From positions 122,512,001 to 122,576,000 of the forward strand of contig OX597816.1 of the NCBI GenBank assembly GCA_951406725.2: DNA of 64,000 bases. The letters run 5' to 3'. Positions 13,128 through 27,130 of the stretch are shown here, piece after piece (within the stretch, counting starts at the first letter, position 1; the number at the start of each line of letters is the position of its first letter). The translations under genes and the position numbers were made by a program. Source of the DNA: Octopus vulgaris (Eukaryota). Below the pieces are notes generated by a model. That model made no database searches, was not told the DNA's origin, and saw only the letters and a program-made list of their open reading frames with translations.

Positions 13128-14784
13128 ATACACATATATACACACATAATATATACATATATACATACACACACCTACACACACATGTATATATATATAT
13201 ATATACATATGTGGACGCTATATGTACGTAACAGACGGAATATACCGAACTGAGTGATGATGTACCTTTTTATTGCGTTATATAAACTCTGTTTAGATTT
13301 GAATTTTATTTAGAAATTTGATTTGAATTTGGTACCGAATCCTTTTCTCTGTGATCAAATCTATATGTGAAAATAAGATGATTCTAGTGGCTTTACACGT
13401 TATGTGATACAAAGATAGTAGTGAACATTAAAAATGCGCCGCGTTTTCCCCTCCAATTATAATGCGGGATTTTCCCACGTGAAGTTAATACAATTAAGTT
13501 GTTCAATTTGAACCACTTTTTAGAACCTCTCTGACGAGGTACACTGTACCCGGTCGAAACTGGAAACATAATTATGCCTAATCCGTGGTTACTTTAATAT
13601 AAGTCTGGTCAAAAAGCCACATTCAACGGATGGCATTTGTACGTGCTTGGCTCAAATGTAATGCAACGGTCGAAGAAGAATCTGAGTGCGTGGAACTGTC
13701 GATGTGGGAGATGTCAGGGTACAAAAATTTAATTTCCATTATGAAAGTAGCAGAGATAGGCGAGTGGGACAAGAGATAAAGTTAAAGACGTAGTTTGTAA
13801 AAGAGGGATGTCGTTAGCATGAGTGAGAAAATCTAGTCCAGTTATTTGTATATAAGTTCGCTGGCTGGTGCCAGTGAGAGAGAGATGAGAGGAAATCGTA
13901 AATTGGAATATAGTAGCGAAAAAACATCTCTGATATGTCGATATATATTCCTTCTTTCAAAGCATATCGCAATTATAATGACTTTGAATTTCTCTCAGTG
14001 GCGTGGATAAAATGCGTACCACCCGGCGTGGTAAGCTAGCTAGGGTAATCAGTTTTCTTGCTATCTTTGTTTGACTTTTGCTTTGATTTATTCCCTATTT
14101 GCTCGTGTTTTAGCTGCATATTAATTGTAATGTTGACACAGGCTTTATTTGTATTAGTATTGTATTTATTATTGTATAACTAGATAGATAATTTGAAAGC
14201 GAAAACAAAGAAAATGATATTCAGTCGAACGTTTTATGCCATTAACAAGAGAAGAACACACTTATATTTCAACATAACACACGTATATTTCAACATATCT
14301 AGAGTTTGTCAAATAACTAGACATACTGGCATCACAGCAAGAAGTTAACTGCTTTATTAAAATAGTAATATCATCGATTAAGTACACCTTCGTGGAAGGT
14401 GGTGTATCAGAAACAAAATACTTAATCAACTGATCTGCCACAGATTTGTCAGTCATGAAATGAGGTGGAAATAAAGTGGAGAAGGGCTATCCAATACCAC
14501 TCTAAAATAGAGCCTGAAGCCGGAATCGCTTATTGGTTTATATTGTAAGCAATTAATCTTCAGTCTCTGTGTGTGAATGTGACTTTAGAGAACACGGAAT
14601 TATGTTGTTAAGTCTTCCCTCTTGTTTGGAAATTGGAACGTATCTAAAATAAAGTTACATATGAGGCACAAGGAGACATAACAAGATGTTAGCTTAGAGC
14701 AGTAAACGTGAATACAAGGGGGGACACACACACACATATATAAATAAAAGAGGCCAAAGTATACGTACGCCGCTATATATATAT

Positions 14785-15153
14785 AACCACATGGTTCTGG
14801 GTTCAGTCCCACTGCGTGGCACCTTGGGCAAGTGTCTTCTACTATAGCTTCGGGCCGACCAAAGCCTTGTGAGTGGATTTGGTAGACGGAAACTGAAAGA
14901 AGCCCGTCGTATATATGTATATATATATATGTTTGTGTGTGTGTTTGTGTGTCTGTATTTGTCCCCCTAGCATTGCTTGACAACCGATGCTGGTGTGTTT
15001 ATGTCCCTGTCACTTAGTGGTTCAGTAAAAAGAAACCGATAGAATAAGTACTGGGCTTACAAAGAATACGTCCCGGGGTCGAGTTGCTCGATTAAAGGCG
15101 GTGCTCCAGCATGGTCGCAGTCAAATGACTGAAACAAGTAAAAGAGTAAAAGA

Positions 15154-15155
<2 letters not shown>
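14785..15155 (+). mobile_element. SINE family B (tRNA-derived, internal microsatellite), 5'-truncated
   Basis: gggttcagtccc B-box, near identity to the 50261-50753 copy, (aagagta) tail. Confidence 0.9.
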
Positions 15156-15190
<35 letters not shown>

Positions 15191-15191
15191 G

Positions 15192-15733
15192 CAAAATGGG
15201 ACAAGAACGCAAAGCATCGGGACAGCCAGGTGATACAAAAAGGGATAATAAAGCATCCAAATTGACGATACAAAGAAGACAAGGACGGGTCATTCGAAGT
15301 TTTCTTTCCCCTGTGTTGGTGAAACTTTTGTATCTCTGCCGTAAGGCTTCACTCCACACACACCAACTTAATTTAATTCATCCTTAGCCGAAAGACACCT
15401 GTTCTTATGGCCTGTTATTATGTTTACTGTATTCTTTTATTGTATTTATATTTGTGTAACATTGTCCGTTTTTTTCGTCCTTGTTTTTGTATAGATTCGC
15501 TGTTTTCTTCCAGGGAATCTAATGCTCTTAGCTTACGTTTTCCTTGGGGCTGGCCAGCTTGAAGCAATCTCAAGAATAATCAGCCGAACTTGCGAGGATA
15601 ATCTGGTGCTTGACTGAGGAAAGAAAACTTCGAATGATCCGTCCTTGTTTTCTTTGCATCGTTTATCTGGATGTTTTTTTGTCCCGTTTTGTATCACCTA
15701 GCTGTCCGGATGTTTTGCGTTCTTGTCCCATTT

Positions 15734-15735
<2 letters not shown>
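15192..15735. mobile_element. Non-autonomous element with ~118-bp inverted arms in (TA)n (PLE-like or MITE)
   Basis: Arms 15192-15309 and 15618-15735 are reverse complements; related one-armed copy at 31075-31377. Confidence 0.8.
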
Positions 15736-15803
<68 letters not shown>

Positions 15804-15974
15804 CATACATATGACTGAGTCTCCACAGTTTCTGTCTTGAAAATTGCCTTCATCAGACACTGCCCTCAAAAGACTGTACCCGAATGTATTCCGAATGTAT
15901 TGCACCGAGAGACTGAACCTAGAAAATCATTCTTCATTCTGCATTTATATTTTCGCCTTTCTCTATATATACAT

Positions 15975-16053
<79 letters not shown>

Positions 16054-16249
16054 TACATACACACACAGAATGGAGTAGTGAAAAGGTTACAGAATGTTTC
16101 ACAAAAGAAATCTGATAACAAGGCAAAATAGATCTCGAATATATAGCCATTTGTTTACTGTCAACCCCAACCCAGCAGAAAATTACCATTCCCAAATATA
16201 ACAAAGTATATATACATACACACACGTACACGTACTCACAAATGCACAC

Positions 16250-16340
<91 letters not shown>

Positions 16341-16341
<1 letters not shown>

Positions 16342-17541
16342 GTTACGAAACGGACTGGAATCGCCCGTCGTCGCCCGCCCGAACGGCACAATCTCGCCAC
16401 GGAACCCAAAGAGGCGGAGAGAGGAGATACAGATAGATACTGCCACAACCTCAACAGCACAGAGATACAGAGGCACAACCCGAGATACAACCCAAAGAGG
16501 CAAGGCAACAACTGGCAACACTGGCTTATATTCAAACAACAGTTTATACGACAATCAATTGCTACACATCAAATACATTTAAGGCAGACATTTAAAGGAA
16601 GACATGCACGTGACTACTCAATACATCATACGGTATACCACAGATCAAAGCATTTAACAACATGCATGTAACAATATAACAGTGTTCAGTAACGACACAA
16701 CAAGTCCAGATCAAATAATGTTCACGATACGTCACAGTCCAATCAGAACACTTCGATACATTATACAATGTTCGTATCACAACAATTCACGTTACAATTC
16801 AACAAGTCCTTTACTCAATTCACAATGTTCTTTATCGACTACATCGACAGAGTCCTTCTTTTTCTCTTCACTGTCCAATACACAAATCACATACCTTAAT
16901 TCCTAACTGAATCTGCCAGTGTCCCATTCCTCTCAATACTGCTAAATCCTCTGTACATATCCCTTCTGTGCCGCCAAGCGTTCTCGCATCCAACTTGCTC
17001 CTAAAATTCCAACGCTTCTAAGATTCCATCTACTCGCTCTGACCTCCAGAATCCGACTGTGTTCTTCGAGGACCGGCCAGCGACCGCAAGATCCGTCCGT
17101 GTTCTTCGACGACCGCTCAACAACTGCCCAGACCTCACTTCGTCTCTGTCCTTCTTCCACTCCCTCATCTCCCTCTGTCTATCACTTATAGCCTTTCTAT
17201 TTGCTATCTGATTCCTTACTCTATCTATATCGCCTACTGTCTCTTAGCCTCTCTATCTGCTCTCTGATCCCTTAGCCTCTCTATCTGTCCCTTTTCTCTT
17301 ACTGTCAATACCCTCTCCATCTGTTCTTAGATTCCCTTAATCTGTCTTCCTCTTTCACTTCTTCAAGGGGTGCTCAGAATGACCTCCAATCGACCGCACA
17401 AGGTCAGAAAGGTCTCATTAATCTCCCACTAGACAAAGGACCCGTCACTTTTCACCAGACATACTGGAACCATTATTCCTATGTGGGTCACCAGAAACAC
17501 TACACTAATTAAACCCGAAATGCACTTAGCCAACCGTAACA
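16341..17541. mobile_element. Probable solo LTR (Gypsy-like)
   Basis: TGTTACG...CGTAACA termini, ATAT on both flanks (16337-16340, 17542-17545), non-coding, composition distinct from flanks. Confidence 0.7.
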
Positions 17542-19381
17542 ATATATATATACATACATGTGTGTGTGTTTATGTGTGTGTATGTGTATGTATGTATGTT
17601 TGTGTGTTCGCGCGCGCACACATGCACGTACACACTCACACATGCGCGCACACATTCACACACATATGTATGCATGTTTGTGTATTGTTATTTTGGATTG
17701 TTTGGTTATAAAAGCCCTTATAACGGTTGCAAAACACTTATGGCTGAAGTGGTGAATAAGATTATTAGTATTTGACGAAAAATAAATTAAACTGACATTT
17801 ACAACGTCATAAATGAAATATACTTATCTATTTCTGGCGCGAATTTGCATGAAATAGAATTAAAAAAAACAATGTGTTTATACTCCAATGTTCCTCTTAA
17901 ATATCTGATCTTTCTTTCGTAATTTGGAATGTCAAGTCATGAGTGAAGAGAAATTACTTGCAGAAGAGAGCTTAATTAATCAGGCATCTCTTCGTGTTTT
18001 TTTCTCCACTGGAAAGTATCATAAAAGCGTTTAAAAACAAAGGTTAACTATTGCTTTAAGATAATGCATCATATGAGCAATTAAGTAGGAGTTATGAATG
18101 AAATTGACTTGAGGTAGCGTGAATCAATTATGAAGAGTTAAAGGCAACACACTGAATATATAGAAGTGTTTGTATAAAACCATTCGAAAGATGCTTTAAC
18201 GGAAATTTACTATTTCATAGTTGAAGTGTATAATTTACTTCTAGATCTCTTATACTTAAATAATTTGTTTAGATTAATTTTCTTCTTAGACTCTGACGGC
18301 AGATGTTTCACTTTTCCTGAGAGGTGATTATAAAGTTATTCGTCGTAGAGATAACTGTACATTCAGTTTTTTTTTTACTAGTTCCATTAATTGTGCTTTT
18401 GCTAATGGTACGCTCGGTTACATTAAACCAAATTCGAAAGTATGAAAAAGTGAAGTGGATTCGAACTAAGAACATAGGAGGCCGTAAAGTAAAACCAGAA
18501 GATAGTTTATCGATTTTGTACCGTTTCTCTATTTCCTTAAAGTAGGAACAAACCCTTAAAGATATTTTCATATTCATGCTGTCCTCAAGTACTGTGTCAT
18601 ATATTTGTTGAAATTTTATTAGCTGAAATTGGTTATTCTTTAGTACATACATACATACTAAATACATACATACATACATTCATACACACACACACACACA
18701 CACACGCACACACACACACACATAATATTATATTGTAGAAATGTATCTTTAACTTTAACTCCGATCGATATTCTCATTAATGAAGGTAATAGGAAACATA
18801 GAAGTATCACGACAGAGCGTGAGAGTGGGGAGGATTAAACTGGTGGTAAGGAGGAAAAGGTAAAGTCAAATGAAAAGAAAGGGTGTGGGTAAGAAACAAA
18901 GAAAGAGAAATAACCGTAATGCTATTAGATGGCTTGATTTCTATGGCTATCAATTAACAGTCAACCTACGGAAGACAAATACGAAAATGCAAAGTCAGTC
19001 CTGAATGGTTTCAGTCTTAAAACAATTTAAGCAAACTCCTTTGTTCTATCATTCGTATTTACATCTCACAAAATACATTTCTTTGTGCTACGCAGTAAAA
19101 ATAACAGAACGTAAACCTTCATATCGGGATTTCCATAAAATAAAAAGATCTTTCTTAGTCTCCTTAAATTATATTCTTGCGAGCTAATCTTGAAAAGACG
19201 ATCTGAAATTTCTTTGGTTGTCTTTCTGATGAAGTATTACAGGACGTTAAATAATTATTGGCTGAAATAGTCGATTAGAACTACACAGCTGGTATCGATT
19301 GAAATAACTAGCTACTAACGCGGAGCGCTGCAGAAATTTAATTCAAAAAAGTGATTTTGATGATGTGATATAATAAACATA

Positions 19382-20935
19382 CGAGGGTAGGCTGGAAAGT
19401 TTATTAGCTGAATATGAAAGAATCACGTGAAATATTCTCTACATTAATTTCAATCTTTTTATTAATAACTGCATTGTTTTGTTCGAGGTAAACTGACATC
19501 TGACAGTGCAGGGACGTCTTGAAATGTAATTAGGAGCGACTGCTCTTGAAAATCGATAAAATTGGCGAAGTGCTATTACCAGGTACCTGCAAATAAAAGG
19601 TTTAGCTTCCTGAGACATTCATGCTGACATGGTTACTATCAGATCATCCCATAAGTAATGTCCAGACTGCTATATTTTAAATTTGTTGACGCTTTAACAG
19701 CATTTTAGAATGTCTAATTGTATCAAGTAATATTTATTTATATTGGGATATATCTAAAGTAATTAAATTTCATTTTGCAGGATAATCGAATTGAAATTTC
19801 TCCAACTATAGCTTATGAGTTTTAAAAAGGGAATCCTGCAGTTGAAGCGACTTGAAATATTCACTCACCTTATGGAGAAGAGTGCTTCAATGAAATAACT
19901 TGCAGAAGATTGTTTGTAAAATTCAGAAGTGGAGATTTCATCCTTGAAGATAAGGTCTGAACAGACCGTTCAATTGAGTTAAATGATAAGCTACTTTTGG
20001 CAGAACTCGAAAAAGATCATGTAACTTCAGTTGAAGAATTTGCAAGCAAGCTTCGTTCAAGCAATACAACTGTTCACCGCCATCTTCAACAGCTTGGAAT
20101 CTCCCAAAATTCGAACAATGGGTGCCTCATGATTTGTCTCAGGCCAATCGCAAATCCTGAATGGACATCTGCTCTGTTCTTTGTTTTCGTGATCTCATCT
20201 CTCCCTTTTTGGACAGACTGGTGACGTAATGAAAGATGGGTCTTTTATCAGAAGTCTCGTAGACATTGGCTTGGTGAAGTGGAAAAGGCCCAACCACTAT
20301 CGAAAAGGGAACTCCGCGCGAAGAAAGTTCCTCCCTCTGATTGGTGGGATTGTAAAGGAGTCACCCATTTTGAGTTGCTACCAACGAATGCAACAATCAA
20401 TGATCAAATCTGCTGTCAGCAATTAGGGCGTTTGAACGCTGCTTTGAAGTGAAAAAGGCCTACTTGCTTTAGTGAATCGAAAGAGAGTGGTGTTTCATCG
20501 GAATAATGCAAGACCCCAATACTGCAAAGATCACTTCACCGAATATCTAGGAACATGGCCGGGAGAAACTTGCTCATCCACCTTATTCCATAGACCTTGA
20601 TCCTTCAGATTTGTTTTGTAGTTTACAGGAACATTTGGATGGATTAACTCTCGAAACAACTGAGGAAGTAGAAACTGACCTTTCAGAGTTCTTCTCTTCG
20701 AAACCGAAAGAGTTTTTCACTAATGAGATTTAAAAGCTTACTAGTAGATGGAAAGATTTTATAGATAACCATGGAAACTATATTGACGATTAAGTTTCAT
20801 TAAAATATAAGACTTTAAAATCCGGACATTATTTATGGAATGACACTCCAGCTTTATCAACAGCGCAAAAGTGGACAGATGAATTCATGGTAGGAAAGGA
20901 GAGTCTTGAAGATGACGCACAGTCTGGACGTCCTG
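19382..20935 (+). mobile_element. Mariner 5' part (outer element) interrupted by a nested mariner
   Basis: TA|CGAGGG start; RYLQIKGLAS*DIHADMVT before the insertion resumes as PALSTAQKWTDEFMVGKESLEDDAQSGRP after 20845. Confidence 0.8.
19639..20844 (+). mobile_element. Near full-length decayed mariner (inner element)
   Basis: TIRs tcagatcatcccataagtaatgtccaga / tccggacattatttatggaatgac; WVPHDL, WDCKGV.HFELLP, NNARP, HPPYS.DL.PSD. Confidence 0.92.
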
Positions 20936-20944
20936 GCTGAATCG

Positions 20945-21100
20945 TGGCATTTTGCCTTTAAATTTCTGAGTTCAAATTCGGTCGAGATCAGCTTTACCGT
21001 TCATGCTTCCGAGATCGATAAAATAGGTAGCAGTTGAGTACAGAAGCAATGGAAGCGACTTGCCTCTTCCCAAAATTTGGTGCGCTGGTACCAATGTTTA
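20945..21100 (+). mobile_element. Decayed SINE family A fragment
   Basis: ctgagttcaaattcggtcgag..cgataaaata..ccaaaatttg. Confidence 0.6.
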
Positions 21101-21667
21101 AAACTGTATACACAAACACACACACACACATACACACACACACACAAACACACACACATACACACACACACACACACATGTATGTATGAATGTTTGTGTG
21201 TATGTATACTCATAGAAATAGGACTGTCTAGTAAGTCTGCTCGTGTATGAGAGGACAGAAATTTCAAGAAAGGCATCGCTTAAAAGTAGCCGAACCAACG
21301 TCAATAGAATAATCTCCAGTATTTTATTTATTTGTGTAGCATTTTTTTTTTGTTATTGCTATTTTGTAAGAATCAAACATTTAGAACGCGATCACAGATA
21401 TTATCTTCTTTCTGTGTATTAAAAATCTGCAAAAAATTAATGTATTTTTAATCCGGTAAATTAGGTATGAGATAATTTTGATCGAACTCAACTTGGAGGT
21501 AATCAAATCTTGTTGCATAGAATTTATTTGTGGATCATTTCAAAGGCGTTCCAGATATCTCAATTGGTATTACTTCTTCGATATAATTTCTGTTTAATAT
21601 ATTTTGGGATCTTCATTAAGAAAATAACTTAGTTGGGCATATTCAAGACAGTTTCATGTTTAGAACA

Positions 21668-22152
21668 TTCTTCTTCTTCTTCTTCTTCTTCTTCTTCTTC
21701 TTCTTCTTCTTCTTCTTCTTCTTCTTCTTCTTCTTCTTCTTCTTCTTCTTCTTCTTCTTCTTCTTCTTCTCCCTTTTCTTTTTTTTCTTCTGCTTCTTCT
21801 TCTTCTCCCTTTTCTTTTTTTTCTTCTGCTTCTTCTTCTTCTCCCTTTTCTTTTTTTTCTTCTGCTTCTTCTTCTTCTCCCTTTTCTTTTTTTTCTTCTG
21901 CTTCTGCTTCTGCTTCTTCTTCTTCTTCTTCTTCTTCTTCTTCTTCTTCTTCTTCTTCTTCTTCTTCTTCTTCTTCTTCTTCTTCTTCTTCTTTTTCTTC
22001 TTCTCCCTTTTCTTTTTTTTCTTCTGCTTCTGCTTCTGCTTCAGCTTCTGCTTCTGCTTCTTCTTCTTCTTCTTCTTCTTCTTCTTCTTCTTCTTCTTCT
22101 TCTTCTTCTTCTTCTTCTTCTTCTTCTTCTTCTTCTTCTTCTTCTTCTTCTT
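21668..22152. repeat. Compound (TTC)n tract with internal ~36-bp higher-order unit
   Basis: Direct inspection; poly-S/poly-F ORFs are artefacts. Confidence 0.97.
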
Positions 22153-24996
22153 TCGATAATTTTCTTCCGTTTAATTGTTTATTAGCGATTTTTGTTTCTT
22201 CTGTTTTTGTATTTTAAAATTTCTGTCTAATGTTTGTTTTCTGTTCTAATTGCCTTATCCTCCCCTTTATTATTCTTCTCCCGGGTTAAACTTTTAATCG
22301 TCCATCTCTTCTTCCTTTCCGTTTCTCTCTTCTCCCTTACTCTTTCTCTGTAACAAGAAAAGAAAGCATAAACATTAATTTCACAATAACTTTTTTTCCT
22401 CTTCCAACTATCTTTTTCCATGTCATTTTCTATTTTCATATTCACTGCTGTTTTCTTTCCTCCATAGATACTTATAAATCCGGCAACAATTAACACTACC
22501 GGTGTCTGTTCCTTTGAAAAAACGCTAAGTTCTATAGTTAATTTCTTTATTCGCAATCCTTTATTTCAATCTTCAAACCTACTAACAAAATTACTTTAAA
22601 TCGATTCAGCAACGACCTTCGACTCTTGACATAGATGATTTCATTACTCTTCGGTGCTATTTCTTGTGTCTCTTCATACAAAGAATTAACTCCAAACATT
22701 TTGTAAAGATAATTCATCTTTCAAAGAATCTTAATATGACACAAAGAAGACACGCTTCAATACATATTGCTCTTTTCCCAAAATATATCAAAAGTATAAT
22801 AGTTAAATAATCCTTCCGCAGTTACTTACATGAAAAGGTACTAAAATTCTTTTCGATCTAATACGAAAATAGCAATGACAAAGCATTCATTATATATCCT
22901 CGTACATTACTAATAAATGAGCATCAGTCACAATGCTTTACTGTGCTAAGACTGCAATTGGTGTGACCACGTTGATACACTATAGGTATCTAAGTTGAAT
23001 AGTCGCACATTCATATCTATTTAATCGATGACAATGCACAAAGGTTTAGGAATACCACAGATGTTCCTTAACCAAAAGTACTTGAAAGCAGTTGAGGCAA
23101 TATTTCTATTGTGGTCCACATTGTCTGTTTTTAGCTTCAGTATCTGCAACAAGTGTACAGGCGTTTTTCTGATACCGTCAACGAAGGAAAACTATGTTTT
23201 CGAAAATTCTGCTACAAAAGGCAATCAAATATCTCTCAAGTCACACTCTAACATCCCTAAAAAGGAGAAGACAACATTAGAAAATACAGCTTTGAGATAT
23301 TTAACAGGCGGGACAATAGCGGCTGGATCAATTTTGACATAAGATTAAACAAAATGATCAACAATTTTAATCAGAAAATATGTTCTTAGATGGCATGTTT
23401 TATCGTCCTGACGCATCAGATAAAGTGGGACATAGAGAACTAAACGACATAACTACAATGAGTACGAACATAAGCATATGGATTGATCCATTAGATTGTT
23501 AAGTAGTATGTGTCACCTCAGCAAAGGAGCTGATATGAAAAAAGTTATGAACATAAATGTTGACCTGACTACATAAGAAAATTTGGGGTTAGAGTACTAG
23601 GATCTATTTTCACAACAAATTAATAAAAAGGAATAATTATTTCTTAGAAATATCTTTTTCAATTTAAATATCTCGGGAGTATCATAAAACCCTGCTATTT
23701 GAGGAACCCTTCAACTAGGCAAAAAAGCAAGAGACCAAACTAGAATGCCATGTATTATGTTCTAAATTATATACTACCTCCACTAAACTACATCTATGAA
23801 TAGAGACGGTTCAGTAATGAACGATGATTTTTCATAGTAATTATTTATATAAAGCAGCTTCTATATATTCAATTGCTTTGCGTTACACAGATGATTACTC
23901 AAATCAAAATCTACTGTTAAAAACCCGAAGAACGCATTAGATAATATTATCATAGATACACTATCTCTGTAGGTAAGACAAGATATTCTCAGCTGGAACG
24001 CCTTTACCTATAGGCATGCTCCATCAAAACCGACTAGACAATAATAGGTCGTGCATCACAACCGACTAGACAATGATAGATCATGAGGAAATACAAGGGA
24101 ACAAGTGACTTAGCCACTATCACAGTGCAACCGGAGTAGGTGCGATACGAGTGAACTTTAAAACGCGTAAACTTTAAAACAATGGTAAGAAAGTATTTCT
24201 ATTATTACATATCAGTAAATTAAGTGGAATCAATTGAGGTGCATTGTTAGAATTTTAAACGTATATTAGCATTAACGTCGATATTAATGTCTCAATGATG
24301 TTAATTAGAAGTGGAAATGAAGGAAAAACAATTGTTTCATACATTTTCTTATAGAATTCCTTGGACAAACTAAATGATAAAAACTAAATACTATTTAAAT
24401 TGAAACTTGATTAATGGGATGTTTTCTGTGTAAAAAGTCAACGATACTGTACTAAATGAAGCAAGCACAGGAACTACGGTGCAAAAAGAAGCAAACAGTC
24501 TTTCTGTTTACGTGTTATTAATTTTGCATTGGTAATTTCTTGTCTATCTTTTACAGTTATATATACGCACATCAAGTAGTCTTCCATACATTAGTTCTCT
24601 CATGCACGTTCAAATACTCATATATACTCACATATACATGCTCCTGTATGCATCTTTATACAGAGATGTCCATATGTATTTATGTGAGTAGATCTATATT
24701 TATTTATGTACATATGTCAACACACGTGCGCGCGCACACATGGATATATGTGTGTATGTGTGTGCGTGCGTGTGTATTATAAGCCCTCACTGTTGACCAA
24801 ATAAATATGTAAACACATTATTTCTAAACTGTTACTGTATGGAAAAGAAGAGGCAAAGAGTATCCTAACGGATCATTTCAAGATTTGTTGAGCGCTCATC
24901 ATGCAAGACATACCACGTGTCTTTTTTCAAATTAGAGCATATATTAGGTCCTTCTAATGCATCCCTTCTTATTTACATAATACAGTACATAAAATA

Positions 24997-25120
<124 letters not shown>

Positions 25121-25494
25121 ATGTATGTATATAAGGAACAGATAATGTATCATATGTGAATAAAAGTAAAGAAGTTGATAGAATGGGAAGATACAGATAC
25201 TGTTTGTGTGAATGAATATCAATTCTGATTATACGCCTATATGCATAAAACCTCAAAGCTGCGCATATACTTTTCCTTTCTCTCTATTCCCTTAAATTCA
25301 TTGAATCGATATGTCATATATAACTACTGTAAAATTATGTACAACGCATAGTTAATATCGAAATTAAGAAACAACTTTGGAGAAAGAGAAAATAAAAACT
25401 ACAGACAAAGGAAACATATATTTTGGCGTTGGTCTTGTCTGTAAAGTGACCTTATCTGGCACTATGTATTGAAGGTGAAACAATTATATATATG

Positions 25495-25613
<119 letters not shown>

Positions 25614-25928
25614 ATGTATGTATGTATGTATGTATACACACACATATATATACAGATACACACATACATACATGCATGCGTAAATACATACAAGTGCAGG
25701 CGTGACTGCGTGGTAAGAAGTTTTATTCCCAGCAACGTGGTTTTTGGTTCACTCCATCTGCGTGGCATGTCTTTTTCAGTGTGAGCAAATCTACTTCAAA
25801 ATTTGAACATACAATGTTAATGTGATGTTGCCATTTTGGGCCTTGGACTATTAAGTTACTGATACGTTCTTTATTACACACACACATACACATTCATATA
25901 TATATGTACATATACATATACCTATAAA

Positions 25929-26001
<73 letters not shown>

Positions 26002-26028
26002 ACACACATCTATCTATCTAGTTCTCTC

Positions 26029-26065
<37 letters not shown>

Positions 26066-26165
26066 CGGTTAAGTAATTGAGATTCAAGTGAATTCTAAAG
26101 AATTCACATGAATATGGTCCTTAAATAGGATGCACCGGAAATCTATATGGTGTTAACCATATATA

Positions 26166-26211
<46 letters not shown>

Positions 26212-26389
26212 AGGCGTAGTAGGTATTTGAGAACATATTTCCGTAATTAAATAAAACTACTCTAATTTGCCACAATTAGAGTAGTTTTATTAAATTAATA
26301 AATATTATGCACATGTCATTGACAAGCTTTTCATTGAATTATTTTCATAATCTAATTGCTTCATTGTGGACAAGAAAATTTAATATGCC

Positions 26390-27125
26390 TGTTTTAAATG
26401 GTTCTTTTTCATTTCAGTCATCACCTGTATAATGATGGCTTTCTGTGAAGCTGTGTTATCGCGAGGATGTTAATTAATCCCACTTTCAACAACGTTCCAA
26501 ACGCACTAGTCCGTGGAATTTAAATCTTACGGATTTGCAGTCCACAAGTTTGGTGTAACATGATCGTAAAGCTTAACTGATAGTTTGGGGTTCCTTGGGC
26601 TTTGGGAGAATTTCTGTGTCTTGCTGAAACTCGTATGACTTTCCACTTCGTACTTCACCAATCCTGAGCTTAACAACTGGCTCCAGCACCTCAACATTTT
26701 CATCAATATTAATTGCAAGACTCCGTTGGAAGATGGGATGTGACATAACATAATTACTTGTTACTCCCCACTTCTAAGACAATCAGAAACTTAGTGTGCT
26801 AACTTAGAAAGATCTGCATACAACCATCTGTTGTTTTCACGGGTAGACCTTTGGTTTGGTCGAAGTCTTTTTCATCAATGAAAAACAAATGCATGCTGAG
26901 CTCGTGAGAGATTTTAACCTTGTTAAATAATCGATGGGCACAAATCAAACGAATTTCCTGCGTCTTTTCAGTTAAAGGTTGGCCTTTCATCAGTACACAC
27001 TTCATATCCTCGTGCACCACTGTTCAGATAATTCATACTGATTCCTGCAATATTTTTCAATGGTCATCTTCGGTTTTTCGAGTTCATTATCTATAATATC
27101 TTGAGCGTTTTAGATAAACTGTGTG
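26390..27125 (-). mobile_element. Tc1/mariner (maT-like) transposase relic related to 5182-6418
   Basis: MKGQPLTEKTQEIR, FFIDEKDFDQ, LYDHVTPNLW, degenerate DLNS.D.CVW.VVE. Confidence 0.75.
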
Positions 27126-27130
27126 GCTTT

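Noticed and set aside
13531-13560. CTGACGA-ggtac/act/gtacc-cggtc-GAAAC hammerhead-like motif
   Set aside because: No stem III, cleavage triplet or stem I partner; at most a truncated relic
13560-14040. Possible LINE C-terminal relics (also 880-1200 and 48400-48850)
   Set aside because: Similarity too faint to support by eye; needs a blastx search
15820-15860. Minus-strand CTGATGA...GAAAC
   Set aside because: No convincing stem II or UH site
21633-22217. 194-aa Ser-rich ORF
   Set aside because: Translation of the (TTC)n tract
22200-24500. Unique-looking AT-rich stretches (also 37400-39900, 59300-60900) as candidate host exons
   Set aside because: No recognisable domain or convincing exon structure; small exons cannot be excluded without RNA-seq
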